IMG/VR virus record: IMGVR_UViG_3300027627_000003
Location: 1-64,000 of that record
Length of the DNA stretch: 64,000 nucleotides
Reading direction: 5' to 3' (one strand)
Source: a virus
Taxonomy: Duplodnaviria > Caudoviricetes
In this document: piece after piece, positions 42,086-51,485 of the stretch
How positions within the stretch are numbered: position 1 is the first letter of the stretch
Layout: each line of letters starts with the position of its first letter
Position numbers and translations under genes: made by a program
The notes under the pieces: generated by a model
What the model was told of the DNA's origin: nothing
Seen by the model: only the letters and a program-made list of their open reading frames with translations
Database searches by the model: none

Positions 42086-42145
42086 TGGTGGGAGGGGTGA
42101 GGTTCGAACTCACTTAAGCCAAAGCTGCTGGATTTACAGTCCAGT
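42086..42145 (-). tRNA. 3' two-thirds of a tRNA-Tyr(GUA); 5' acceptor/D-arm missing (pseudo-tRNA)
   Basis: CTGGA-CTGTAAA-TCCAG anticodon arm, long variable arm, GTGAG-TTCGAAC-CTCAC T-arm, CCCTCCC-A-CCA end; no matching GGGAGGG upstream. Confidence 0.75.
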
Positions 42146-42270
42146 GCGACTCGCGACAGGCGTAACCACCTGATTTCCATTGTTAAAACTCTTATAGTCA
42201 ACAGCCATATAGCGTTACTCCGTTGTTGTGTCGGGCGTATGTCATGACTTTCATGTACTCGGTCAAAGAT

Positions 42271-42775
42271 TTATCCAAGGCATTCCCCAATTCTCTTTTT
42301 AGCTATTTCAAAATAGGCATCGTCTTTTTCGATGCCGATAAAGCGCCTGCCAGTATCGAGACAGGCAACACCAGTGGAACCCGATCCCATGACGTTATCA
42401 AGGACAATCTCGCCCTCGTTTGTATATGTGCGGATTAAATATTCAAGTAAGGCGACGGGCTTTTGCGTAGGATGCAGCCCTCTCAAAGATTTTGATCTGT
42501 CCCGAGTAAACTCTAAAAAAGTTGTAGGGAATCGGTGTGTTGAAATTCTAGAGAAAGTCTGACTGCTTTGCCAAGGCAATGTTTTGGCTGATTTTTTAAA
42601 CGAAGAAATTATTTTTAAAGGTTTTTCCCTTATTTTCATTTGTGGGTTGTAAGTAGGTGTTTTTTGATAAAAAACGAGAATTTCCTCAATAATTTTAAGA
42701 GGCATAAATTTTACATTACCAAGCCCAATGCCTTGCTCTTTCTTCCAAAACCATGAGTATCTTTTTAAATTAGGA
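42271..42775 (-). pseudogene. 5'-truncated N4/N6 DNA methyltransferase (beta class)
   Basis: YSWFWKK...MPLKIIEEILVFY, HPTQKPVALLEYLIRTYTNEGEIVLDNVMGSGST; N-terminal DPPY region absent. Confidence 0.85.
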
Positions 42776-42887
42776 TGTCATAGTCGGTTAACTCCGGCTC
42801 AGTCCATGTTGCCTGCCAAGATGCTGGATCGTCGCTGTCTTCGCCGCCCGCCCATATGTTTTACTATAGAAAATGTGACAGGTAGCG

Positions 42888-43124
42888 TCAATAAAACTTC
42901 TTAGGTCCGTAGGCTATTTTATTTTCAATTAAGATGTTTTCTATTTCGCTTAGGCAAGCATTTACCTGTTTGTCCAGTTGGTCGGATGCTGATTCGGCTA
43001 CTGTCATGATTCGGTCTTTTTCTTCAAAAACCCAATCCGCTATATCCGGTGTTAAATTTAAACAATGTTCAGCTAATACGACTTCCAAGTCATCCGTAGT
43101 TATAGTCCAGTCTAACGACACCAA
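42888..43124 (-). CDS. Hypothetical protein
   Basis: 78 aa with AAGGAG RBS. Confidence 0.6.
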   Translation of the reverse strand: MVSLDWTITTDDLEVVLAEHCLNLTPDIADWVFEEKDRIMTVAESASDQLDKQVNACLSEIENILIENKIAYGPKKFY

Positions 43125-43268
43125 AATTCTCCTTATGTCAGTTATTATAACCTAATCTAAAATAGATTTAATTAGCAAAAATAGACAGAACAAAACAAGT
43201 ACCTTATTTGTGCGGAAACAGCAGAAAAAATATATTATAAAATCAAAATACAACCTAAAAAGTTTAAA

Positions 43269-43757
43269 ATGATCAGAAAAGCAAAAGCTACCGACGTAAA
43301 AGAAATAATCACACTAGCTAAAAGTACTAAAATTTTTACTAATGATGAAATCTTGTGTCTAGATAGCGACCTACAAGAATATTTTGCAGCCAAAAATGAC
43401 GACACAATATTAGTATATGAAATAGATAAAAAAATATTAGGTTTTACACAATTTGGACCTCTACCTATCACAGATAATTCTTGGATGCTTCATTGGATAG
43501 CAGTATCCAAACAAGAACAAAAAGCAGGGATAGGTAAGAAATTAATACAAAGAGCAGAGGCTACAGCTAAGAAAAAAAGAGCCAGAATTATGTTTATTGA
43601 AACCTCATCTAAAGATGAGTTTGAAGTTCCTAGAAATTTTTATATGCGAAACGGCTTTATGCCAATTTCTGTTGTCACAGACTACTACGGGATATATGAT
43701 AGTAAAGTTATTTTTTCAAAAAACTTTATGGATCTATGCCCACGCATAATTGATTAG
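43269..43757 (+). CDS. GNAT acetyltransferase
   Basis: LHWIAVSKQEQKAGIGKKLI acetyl-CoA motif; FYMRNGF. Confidence 0.9.
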   Translation: MIRKAKATDVKEIITLAKSTKIFTNDEILCLDSDLQEYFAAKNDDTILVYEIDKKILGFTQFGPLPITDNSWMLHWIAVSKQEQKAGIGKKLIQRAEATAKKKRARIMFIETSSKDEFEVPRNFYMRNGFMPISVVTDYYGIYDSKVIFSKNFMDLCPRIID

Positions 43758-43768
43758 GAGCATTTAGA

Positions 43769-44221
43769 ATGAAACTCGCCAATCTAAAAGAAGAAGTAAC
43801 TATTCCTTTAGGGTTTTTAGTTAGTGGTCCCGATGAAAATATACATAAAAAAGTCTGTGAATTTTACGGAAAATCAAGTTTAGAAGACCCCATTACGTTA
43901 GAAGCCAATGTAGGTAATTGGGTTTTTGATATTTTCACTAATATGAAGGAACTGCCTAAAGCGCCGTATTATAGATCGCTAGAGAAGAATAAGCGTGCAC
44001 GACTGGCAGAGGATTTTGCCTCAAACGATACGCTGGACCTAACAGAGGATGTCGAAACAGCTTTGAGAGACGCACTAAAAGAAGACGACAAATGGGACAA
44101 AATTAAACTCTCAGTCTCTTTTAAAGTTGGGGATGAAACGCGCTATGATCTTTTATCCTCTGGAGCTATTGAGCTTTTCGGTAAAATACAAGAAGAAATT
44201 CTTAAGGTCTGTAACGAATGA
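43769..44221 (+). CDS. Hypothetical protein
   Basis: 150 aa with AGGAG RBS. Confidence 0.7.
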   Translation: MKLANLKEEVTIPLGFLVSGPDENIHKKVCEFYGKSSLEDPITLEANVGNWVFDIFTNMKELPKAPYYRSLEKNKRARLAEDFASNDTLDLTEDVETALRDALKEDDKWDKIKLSVSFKVGDETRYDLLSSGAIELFGKIQEEILKVCNE

Positions 44222-44742
44222 ATCCCGAAAAAGATAAATACCTCTGCGAGAAATACCCTAAGATATTTGCTGACCGCAGTAAGTCTATCTATCAAAGCTG
44301 TATGGGATGGGGATTTGAACACGGTGATGGTTGGTTTCATATCATAGACACCTTATGCCAAAATATTCAGCACCATATAGATTCGTGTAATGAAAATAAT
44401 CGCAAAAATGCTGAATATAACTTGATGATTGAAGATGCAAAAAAAGGCAATTGGGATGCCTATAATGAATATTATAAAGACTTTGAGAACAAAGCCTTAA
44501 AAGATGCCATCCACGATACGCCTAGAAGGGTTACCGACGATGTACCACCCCAAGTTGTGGCTAGGCAAGTGAAAGAAAAATACGGAGGGTTGTGTTTTTA
44601 TTATAGTGGCGGTGATGAATATATAGAAGGATTAGTGTCCATGGCGGAAGCCATTAGTTACCGAATCTGCGAAAAATGTGGTAATCCAGGCAGCACAAAT
44701 AAAAATGGTTGGATAAGTACGCTTTGTGAATCTTGCCGTTAA
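44218..44742 (+). CDS. Conserved phage hypothetical protein with C-terminal Zn ribbon
   Basis: GDGWFHII, QVKEKYGGLCFY, ICEKCG...TLCESC. Confidence 0.75.
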   Translation: MNPEKDKYLCEKYPKIFADRSKSIYQSCMGWGFEHGDGWFHIIDTLCQNIQHHIDSCNENNRKNAEYNLMIEDAKKGNWDAYNEYYKDFENKALKDAIHDTPRRVTDDVPPQVVARQVKEKYGGLCFYYSGGDEYIEGLVSMAEAISYRICEKCGNPGSTNKNGWISTLCESCR

Positions 44743-44775
44743 AGATTCTATTAGAATCATTTATTTGAGGGTTTA

Positions 44776-46497
44776 ATGTCTTATATATCAGATACACTTC
44801 AACCTGCTCGTTTTGGCGAAATATACAGCTTATTTAATACACGCCTTGACGGTGAAGTGAAGTGGAATTCCACAGCTAAGACTTTGCAAACTCGCGGATT
44901 AAAAATCTTTACCACACCAATAACAGGTGGTGGGCAAGCAATAACTCTTATCCCCGATGGCTTATACCCAATGACATCGTTGGGTTCTGCCCTTTGGATA
45001 AAACTAACCAGATATAGTGGTTCAGCTACCGCCTTGCCTGTTCCTTACGATAGTTCTCAGCCTACACCATCACAAGACTGGATTGAGTTAGCTTATAGAA
45101 GTGACACAAATATCATAAATTTATTTGGTGGTTCTATAGCAGGTAACGGAGCTTTTTCCCGACCTGGAACCTCTCGTGGTGGGGGATTATATGATGCCAT
45201 TGTTGGACCTGTAAGCAATCCCGTTGCCACACATACCAGTATTCAAACCGCTATTGATGATTGCCTAGACGGTAATAGGATTTTAATCCTACAGGGTACA
45301 TATAATATAGCATCACCTGGAAATGCAGGATTGGACGCTAACAGTGCTTTGGCTTGGAGCGGAAAAACACTCTCCATCGAAGGTCAAGGCTATGGCACCG
45401 TAATAGTAAATACAGGCACTTTAACTACAGCCTTTTTTATAAAAGCCGATGCTACTAGCAAAGGCACAGGATCTCAAATAAAAAATTTGAAAATTCAGAC
45501 TTTCAGTAAGTCTGCAGCTTTCAATGGTAGTCTTGGTGCTATTAACGATTGTAGCGTAGACTTATACCATTATACGGCTACTTATACCGCGCCAACAATC
45601 ACAGGTTCTGGAGATGAAAACTTTGTAAAAGAATGGGTTATGCCATCTTACAAAATTATTGAAAATCGTGTCAGAAGCGGTGGTCTACAAACTGTAACAA
45701 AAGAAAATGCATTAACTACTATGACAGGAACAGTAAAGCTGACATCGCTTACCGCAAGTCAAGCCGTAGTGACCGATGCAAGCCAGCAATTAGCTAGTTT
45801 AGCTTATAGTACTGCTACTACAGGCTCAACTTTAGTACAAAGGACATCTGGTGGATATATTAATGCTACATATTTTAATGCTTCTGCAGACGAAGTGTCT
45901 AGTGGTGTTACAAGAGTAGCTGTTGAAACAGGGAGCGATAACTACTATCGGTGGGGTACTAACGCATCAATAGCAAGTTTTTTAGCTAACACAAACATGA
46001 CTTTAAATCAATTAACCTGCTCTACTTTTAAATCTTCAAGTGATAGTTTTTCATTCCAAACTTTAAGTAACAGCATATCTTATCGTTTTTGGTACGGTGC
46101 TGTAAGTGCAACGAACGCAGGTCCTAATTCGGGATGTGCTGTTGGTTTAGGTATTAGAGATGCCTGTGTTCCTCAATCCACAAGTGTGACTTGGACAACA
46201 CCGCCTAATCCAACACGTACAGCTTATTACAGCCCAGTTTTTATTGATTATCAAATAGGACCACATACAAACACAATAAATCCTGATGATTATGACAGCC
46301 GTATTAATTTAGCACAGGACCAAGCCGCTTTGAATATTTGTGTTATGAACGATACAACTGGTAAACTAGTTAGGATACTAAGTTATAAAATTAATTTATT
46401 TGGACTTTTAGGTGGCGGCGGACTTGGTTTTAGCCAAGGTGCCGATGCTCCCATAGTAGGCGTAGGTCCAAGAGTGTATAATCTGAGTCCAAGTTAA
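44776..46497 (+). CDS. Virion tail fibre-type protein
   Basis: 573 aa, Ser/Thr/Gly-rich; SIQTAID...ILILQGTY entry motif; LTASQAVVTDASQQL shaft motif. Confidence 0.65.
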   Translation: MSYISDTLQPARFGEIYSLFNTRLDGEVKWNSTAKTLQTRGLKIFTTPITGGGQAITLIPDGLYPMTSLGSALWIKLTRYSGSATALPVPYDSSQPTPSQDWIELAYRSDTNIINLFGGSIAGNGAFSRPGTSRGGGLYDAIVGPVSNPVATHTSIQTAIDDCLDGNRILILQGTYNIASPGNAGLDANSALAWSGKTLSIEGQGYGTVIVNTGTLTTAFFIKADATSKGTGSQIKNLKIQTFSKSAAFNGSLGAINDCSVDLYHYTATYTAPTITGSGDENFVKEWVMPSYKIIENRVRSGGLQTVTKENALTTMTGTVKLTSLTASQAVVTDASQQLASLAYSTATTGSTLVQRTSGGYINATYFNASADEVSSGVTRVAVETGSDNYYRWGTNASIASFLANTNMTLNQLTCSTFKSSSDSFSFQTLSNSISYRFWYGAVSATNAGPNSGCAVGLGIRDACVPQSTSVTWTTPPNPTRTAYYSPVFIDYQIGPHTNTINPDDYDSRINLAQDQAALNICVMNDTTGKLVRILSYKINLFGLLGGGGLGFSQGADAPIVGVGPRVYNLSPS

Positions 46498-46515
46498 AAA
46501 CAAAGGATTCGGTCT

Positions 46516-47697
46516 TCACAAAGAGTTAATCGACTTAACTATTATTGAATTCGAGAAGGTATTCGTCTTACCAGTATTTGTGTCGTAGCTTGCAACTACT
46601 GCATTGCCTTTTTCATCTTCGGCTGAGTACATGATGTAAGGACCACTCACATCTAAAGCAGTAATATTTAAATTTTGCACAATTAACGATACATCGTATC
46701 CGCCATCCTTATTAGCCTCTGCCAAATAAATTTTGTTTAAACCTTTGAATGCGAATTTTTTATTATTTAAAACAAACATCTGATCGGAAAGATCTGTTTG
46801 GAAAGGTCTTAAATCAAGTAAGCTAGATACTTCTAAGCCATTAATTGCTATAAGTTGGCGGTAAACATTACCACCTTCATCATAGGTGAGTTGGGTTGAA
46901 ATAAGTTGATTGTCGTCTCTTTCTACACCTTTTCTGATGGCATCTACGGTAACTTTTGTATCTGTTTTAACTAAACTGCCATCATTCATGTCCAATATGA
47001 ATTGACCTAGATTACTAATTAAAATTTGTGTTGATGTGATCGATGCGATATCAGTAGCCGATATATTTCTTCTTATGTCGAGTACCGTATGGAAAATTTG
47101 ATTGGTGGTATTATTGTAAATAACCAAGCAATCTTTAGATAAAGTAGTATAATCAGCATTTGGAATAGACGTTTTAACAACGGACATTGTTTTATCTTTA
47201 GGGTGATAAACAGTTAAGTCTCTTTCTTTAGCTTCGTACCTTGGTTTAAAATATAAATCACCGAGTGAATTCTCCCCAAGAAAATTATTACCTTCTAAAC
47301 CCTTAAGTAAGTCGGGAGTGTTTTGATTTTTAGGGAGCCAGTAAACCAGAAACTCTGAAAGCAACAGGTCCCTTCCCGTTTCTTGTTTGAATTCAACTAA
47401 AGATCCCGTTTTTGCTTTTATAGAGCGATAAAAATTATAGCCTTTAGGCGTATTTAGTACACTAAAAGAGCCATCTTTCTTAATCGCATAACTGTCGTTT
47501 ACATTATCAGTAAGAGATAATGTCATTGTTGTTTTAGCTAAAGCAACAATATCTGTAAAATCTAGACGATAATCGTCAGATTGGGGATCGATGTTTTTGA
47601 GTGTGGTAGTAGCAGAGGTTTGTTTTGATGCACTATCTTTATGCTCTGCCGCACTTCCACATGACACTAAAAGAAATACAAAAAATAACTTTTTCAT
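46516..47697 (-). CDS. Lipoprotein, beta-rich
   Basis: Lipobox MKKLFFVFLLVSC. Confidence 0.75.
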   Translation of the reverse strand: MKKLFFVFLLVSCGSAAEHKDSASKQTSATTTLKNIDPQSDDYRLDFTDIVALAKTTMTLSLTDNVNDSYAIKKDGSFSVLNTPKGYNFYRSIKAKTGSLVEFKQETGRDLLLSEFLVYWLPKNQNTPDLLKGLEGNNFLGENSLGDLYFKPRYEAKERDLTVYHPKDKTMSVVKTSIPNADYTTLSKDCLVIYNNTTNQIFHTVLDIRRNISATDIASITSTQILISNLGQFILDMNDGSLVKTDTKVTVDAIRKGVERDDNQLISTQLTYDEGGNVYRQLIAINGLEVSSLLDLRPFQTDLSDQMFVLNNKKFAFKGLNKIYLAEANKDGGYDVSLIVQNLNITALDVSGPYIMYSAEDEKGNAVVASYDTNTGKTNTFSNSIIVKSINSL

Positions 47698-47716
47698 AGC
47701 TGCCCTCCTGTTAATT

Positions 47717-47745
47717 ACTTATCGGTATTTATTTTTAATACTTTA
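47717..47745 (-). promoter_or_regulatory. sigma28-like promoter
   Basis: TAAAGT-N14-CCGATAAGT. Confidence 0.65.
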
Positions 47746-47857
47746 GAATAAAAGTATTAACATGTTGATTTTAATGAAAAAATTAAATTTTAATTTTTTT
47801 ACTAGGTTTGAATCAGGTATAAGCTATGGAAATGTGTAATGATTGGGCGATTAGCAA

Positions 47858-48727
47858 GTGGAAGTAGTTGAAAAAACTAAAGAATGTAGATTCCCCGACT
47901 GTGAAGATACAAAGATCAGGGCGGGGGGTTTTTGCAGTAAGCACTACATGAGATACCGTAAGGGCATAATATCTTTGGATTGCAGGGTACTTAAGACTAA
48001 ATACCCCTGCCTGCGCGAGGGTTGTAAAGCAAGACTAAACGAGCCAGATACTTACTGTTCTGACCATAGAAGGCATAAGACTGGATTGTGCCGCCTGTGC
48101 TCTAACACTAAACTGATACACCATGGTCTTTGCACCACTCATTATAGTCGCTATAGAAAAGGGTATATAGATAAGAACGGAGTAGAATTAAAGCCTTTAC
48201 TAAAGAGGCGGTACAAGCCCAACGAACAATGTCGAATAAAAGGTTGTAGCACTAAGCCTCGTGGTCGCGGATTATGTCGTCGCCATTCTGATCATTTCCG
48301 TTGGGGGATGATCGATGAAATAGGCAGAAGGCTAAAAGACTTCCGCTATCAGAATAGGAATAAGGTCTGCAAAGCTCCAAAGTGCGATCAGCCAGCATCT
48401 AAACGTGAATATTGCCGAAAACATTATGATCGTTGGAATAATGGCTATTTAAACATTGAGGATAGTCCGAGATATCGCAAAAACCATGGTCACGGTAGCT
48501 GTTGTGTTAAAAACTGTGGACAACTTAGTGTCCGCGAATCCTACTGCAAAAAACATTATATAATAATAACTGAAATGAAGCTTAATGCACTTAAAAAACC
48601 AGCGCATGAGTACGAGAAAAACCAAAAAATATGCATAATTAAAGACTGTAATAAATTAGTACACGCTAAAAAATTATGCAGTAGCTGCTATAACCTTTGG
48701 AGGCGAAGAATATTAGCTCTCAAGTAA
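47858..48727 (+). CDS. Protein with seven Cys/His Zn-finger-like repeats
   Basis: Repeats of C-x(2-4)-C-x(~10)-C-x2-H(Y); very basic. Confidence 0.8.
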   Translation: MEVVEKTKECRFPDCEDTKIRAGGFCSKHYMRYRKGIISLDCRVLKTKYPCLREGCKARLNEPDTYCSDHRRHKTGLCRLCSNTKLIHHGLCTTHYSRYRKGYIDKNGVELKPLLKRRYKPNEQCRIKGCSTKPRGRGLCRRHSDHFRWGMIDEIGRRLKDFRYQNRNKVCKAPKCDQPASKREYCRKHYDRWNNGYLNIEDSPRYRKNHGHGSCCVKNCGQLSVRESYCKKHYIIITEMKLNALKKPAHEYEKNQKICIIKDCNKLVHAKKLCSSCYNLWRRRILALK

Positions 48728-49293
48728 AAATTTGTCGATTTCCAGAGTGCCCTTCAAAAATTATTCGCGGCAAAGGACTTTGCCAAAAACATCGTATATG
48801 GCTCAAAAAAGGCTATATAGACGAAAAATGTACAATAATAAAACCACCACGCACAAGAATCATCTATTCACCTGATGATAAATGTAAAATAGCGGGGTGT
48901 GATAAAAAACCACGCGGTCATTGGCGCTGCTATTATCACGAACATTCCTATAGGGTAGGAAGACATGATGAATTAGGCAAGCCAACTAAAAAAGTAAAAA
49001 AATGCAAAGTATGCGACAATACAAAAAATATTGTTAAAGGTTTTTGTCAAGCGCACTACATGCAAATGCGAAAAGGTGTCATTGATCAGGACGGCAATGA
49101 AATACGCGAGATTAGGCGGTCCTACGCAAAAATTAACTTTTGCCGATTTAAAGGCTGTACACTCAAACCACGTGCGAAAGGCTTTTGTAAAAAGCATCAT
49201 TCTAGATATCTACGCGGAACCATGAATTTATCCGGTGTACGAATTAAAAAGCCAAAAATAACAAAACCTCCCATAATAAGACCAACAATTTAA
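48697..49293 (+). CDS. Protein with four Cys/His Zn-finger-like repeats
   Basis: Same repeat as the upstream gene. Confidence 0.8.
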   Translation: MEAKNISSQVKICRFPECPSKIIRGKGLCQKHRIWLKKGYIDEKCTIIKPPRTRIIYSPDDKCKIAGCDKKPRGHWRCYYHEHSYRVGRHDELGKPTKKVKKCKVCDNTKNIVKGFCQAHYMQMRKGVIDQDGNEIREIRRSYAKINFCRFKGCTLKPRAKGFCKKHHSRYLRGTMNLSGVRIKKPKITKPPIIRPTI

Positions 49294-49312
49294 ATAGGTT
49301 ATAAAATAAAAC

Positions 49313-49341
49313 TAAAGGTTTTAAAACCCCTACCGATAAGT
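49313..49341 (+). promoter_or_regulatory. sigma28-like promoter
   Basis: TAAAGG-N14-CCGATAAGT. Confidence 0.65.
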
Positions 49342-50195
49342 TGTTTATAACAACACACAGGGGTTTTATTATGGGACGCAAAAAAGGTGATAAAGGCGAT
49401 AAAGAACAACAAGTAGTAGCACCACAAACTAATAACAATGATGATTTTTTCTCGGTGGACGCGGTATTAAATTCTAGCTCCTCGGCTGAAAAAAAATCCA
49501 AATCGAAAAAAGACGTTCGCCAAATTCCGGCGCATCTTAAGACAGAGCTGAAATTATCGGTTGCCGGAAAACGCATTATTAAAGCAGTTGAGAAAAAATG
49601 CGATCTAGCTACAAACCGGATTAAAGATTTCTTTGTTAAAGAGTGGGCAGCTAAATTTGTTCGGACAGGTCAACTACCCTCGTCAGTACTATATGCCGAT
49701 GCAAATACAAGCATCGATTTCGTGCCAACCAAAAGAATTTATATCAAACCTGAAACTGTAGAAATGCTTAAAAGCATGAATGTTGCGATTTCTGACCACC
49801 TCGAAGTTGGCGAAATTTCACTGGATTTCGCTGCCCTTAAAGAGCACGGCTTAGTACAGGCAGCGCAACAGGCGCTGAAAAATATCCCTGGTATGACACC
49901 TGAAATTTTGAATCGAGTTGTTAAACGCCAACTGACCGCCAAAGAGACGTTGTACCCTAGTCTGGCTACGCTGGCAAAAAACTCACTACCTGCTGGCGCA
50001 AGCGAGAGTGACCTGATTGAGAGAATGGTACAGGTGACGCAAATCGTTAATCCTGTCGCTAATCTGACAAACCCAACTGACACTGATTCACTTGGCGAAG
50101 CCATTGATTTTGTTGCCCAAACAGAATTGCTACCTACTCCAGACGAGGAGCAAAAATTAGCAGCTAAGAAAAAATGGGGGGAGACGACTAATTGA
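49341..50195 (+). CDS. Hypothetical protein (probable start 49371)
   Basis: 284-aa ORF; ATG at 49371 follows the promoter and a CAGGGG RBS. Confidence 0.75.
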   Translation: MFITTHRGFIMGRKKGDKGDKEQQVVAPQTNNNDDFFSVDAVLNSSSSAEKKSKSKKDVRQIPAHLKTELKLSVAGKRIIKAVEKKCDLATNRIKDFFVKEWAAKFVRTGQLPSSVLYADANTSIDFVPTKRIYIKPETVEMLKSMNVAISDHLEVGEISLDFAALKEHGLVQAAQQALKNIPGMTPEILNRVVKRQLTAKETLYPSLATLAKNSLPAGASESDLIERMVQVTQIVNPVANLTNPTDTDSLGEAIDFVAQTELLPTPDEEQKLAAKKKWGETTN

Positions 50196-50842
50196 AAACT
50201 GCTTATACAAACAAATTTGTGATGTACCCACCTAGACCCAATGGATCTATCGTACCGGATACACTCGATAAATATCCTGGCTGGTGGGGACAACGCAAAT
50301 GGAATGGGACTAGAAACCTATTAATAGTCCTGCCCGATGGCTCGTATGAGCTATGGAATAGGCACCGCGAGCAGCATAAGCAATATAAAGTCACGTCCAT
50401 GATGGACAAGTCTATAAAAGAAATGATTAGTAAGCTAAAAAAAGGTGTTTTTCATGTTTTTGATGGCGAATTAATGGACGCCAAAACAAAAACACTCAAA
50501 GACCGTATCGTAATGTATGACGTGCTAGTTTATGAGGGATTTTACCTACTTGGGACTACTTACCGCGAACGCTACAAGATATTAATGGATATATTAGGCA
50601 CTAATGAACACGAGAATGAAACAGGGCATAAACTCGCTTTTAAATTTAATGAAAATATTTGGCTCTCTGAAGTTTTTGAACGTGACTTGCCCAAACGCTT
50701 TGATGAAGCAATGAAATTAGACGTAATCGAAGGGCTTGTGCTCAAAGATCCCAATGGGAAATTAGAATTTGGTATACGCGAAAAAAATAATGGTTCATGG
50801 CTAATTCGCGTCAGAAAGCCTCATAAAAATTATGCTTGGTGA
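50192..50842 (+). CDS. ATP-dependent ligase-family nucleotidyltransferase, adenylation core only
   Basis: QRKWNGTR (motif I), FDGEL (III), MYDVL (IIIa), EGLVLK (IV), WLIRVRK (V). Confidence 0.8.
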   Translation: MKTAYTNKFVMYPPRPNGSIVPDTLDKYPGWWGQRKWNGTRNLLIVLPDGSYELWNRHREQHKQYKVTSMMDKSIKEMISKLKKGVFHVFDGELMDAKTKTLKDRIVMYDVLVYEGFYLLGTTYRERYKILMDILGTNEHENETGHKLAFKFNENIWLSEVFERDLPKRFDEAMKLDVIEGLVLKDPNGKLEFGIREKNNGSWLIRVRKPHKNYAW

Positions 50843-50855
50843 CGCTAAATAAAAT

Positions 50856-50884
50856 TAAAGTATTTTTATTATATGACGATAAGT
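50856..50884 (+). promoter_or_regulatory. sigma28-like promoter
   Basis: TAAAGT-N14-ACGATAAGT. Confidence 0.6.
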
Positions 50885-50916
50885 GTTTACAAACATAATT
50901 TAACAAGGATTATATT

Positions 50917-51183
50917 ATGAATAACACTGTAATCAACATGAAAATACATAAAAGCCTACTTAATAAAAATGTAGAAAAGAAATTACACGGTGTAGTAATT
51001 GACTTAGTAACGAATGGCTTTCCAGAGGGATGTACAGAAGATCTTACGCTTTGGGACGAGGCTTACAGGTCTTTATACGACTATTATTTATCAACAGAAG
51101 AAATGCCTTACGGTGTGGCGCGGGCGCGTACAGGCGATCCTGAGCAGTGGATTTTAGACACGCTACGTGCTGAGTGGGGTTAA
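50917..51183 (+). CDS. Hypothetical phage protein
   Basis: 88 aa; EMPYGVARARTGDPEQWI motif. Confidence 0.7.
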   Translation: MNNTVINMKIHKSLLNKNVEKKLHGVVIDLVTNGFPEGCTEDLTLWDEAYRSLYDYYLSTEEMPYGVARARTGDPEQWILDTLRAEWG

Positions 51184-51418
51184 ATTTAAGATTTCTGGAT
51201 CTGTCGTTCCTTTTGTTGGCGGTAAAAGATACTTAAGTAACGGCGATCCAGGTTATCCTGATGAAGGAGGGTTTGTAGAAGACCTTACTGTAAAGCTGGT
51301 GAAACCAAATAAAAAGACGCAGAAGGAAGAAACCATAGATATAACTGATTTTCTCTCCGAATCCATGTTAGACGACCTTCATAACTATATGCTTAACTAC
51401 CACAGTGACAGAGACTAA
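51167..51418 (+). CDS. Hypothetical phage protein
   Basis: 83 aa; GDPGYPDEGG motif. Confidence 0.65.
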   Translation: MLSGVKFKISGSVVPFVGGKRYLSNGDPGYPDEGGFVEDLTVKLVKPNKKTQKEETIDITDFLSESMLDDLHNYMLNYHSDRD

Positions 51419-51485
51419 ATATGACAATAAAAATTTATAGCGGTTCTGAACTCACTGCGAAATGTGCCCTGCGAAGTAATTAGGA

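Noticed and set aside
48697-48727. Programmed -1 frameshift joining the Zn-finger ORFs
   Set aside because: No XXXYYYZ slippery heptamer or downstream structure in the overlap
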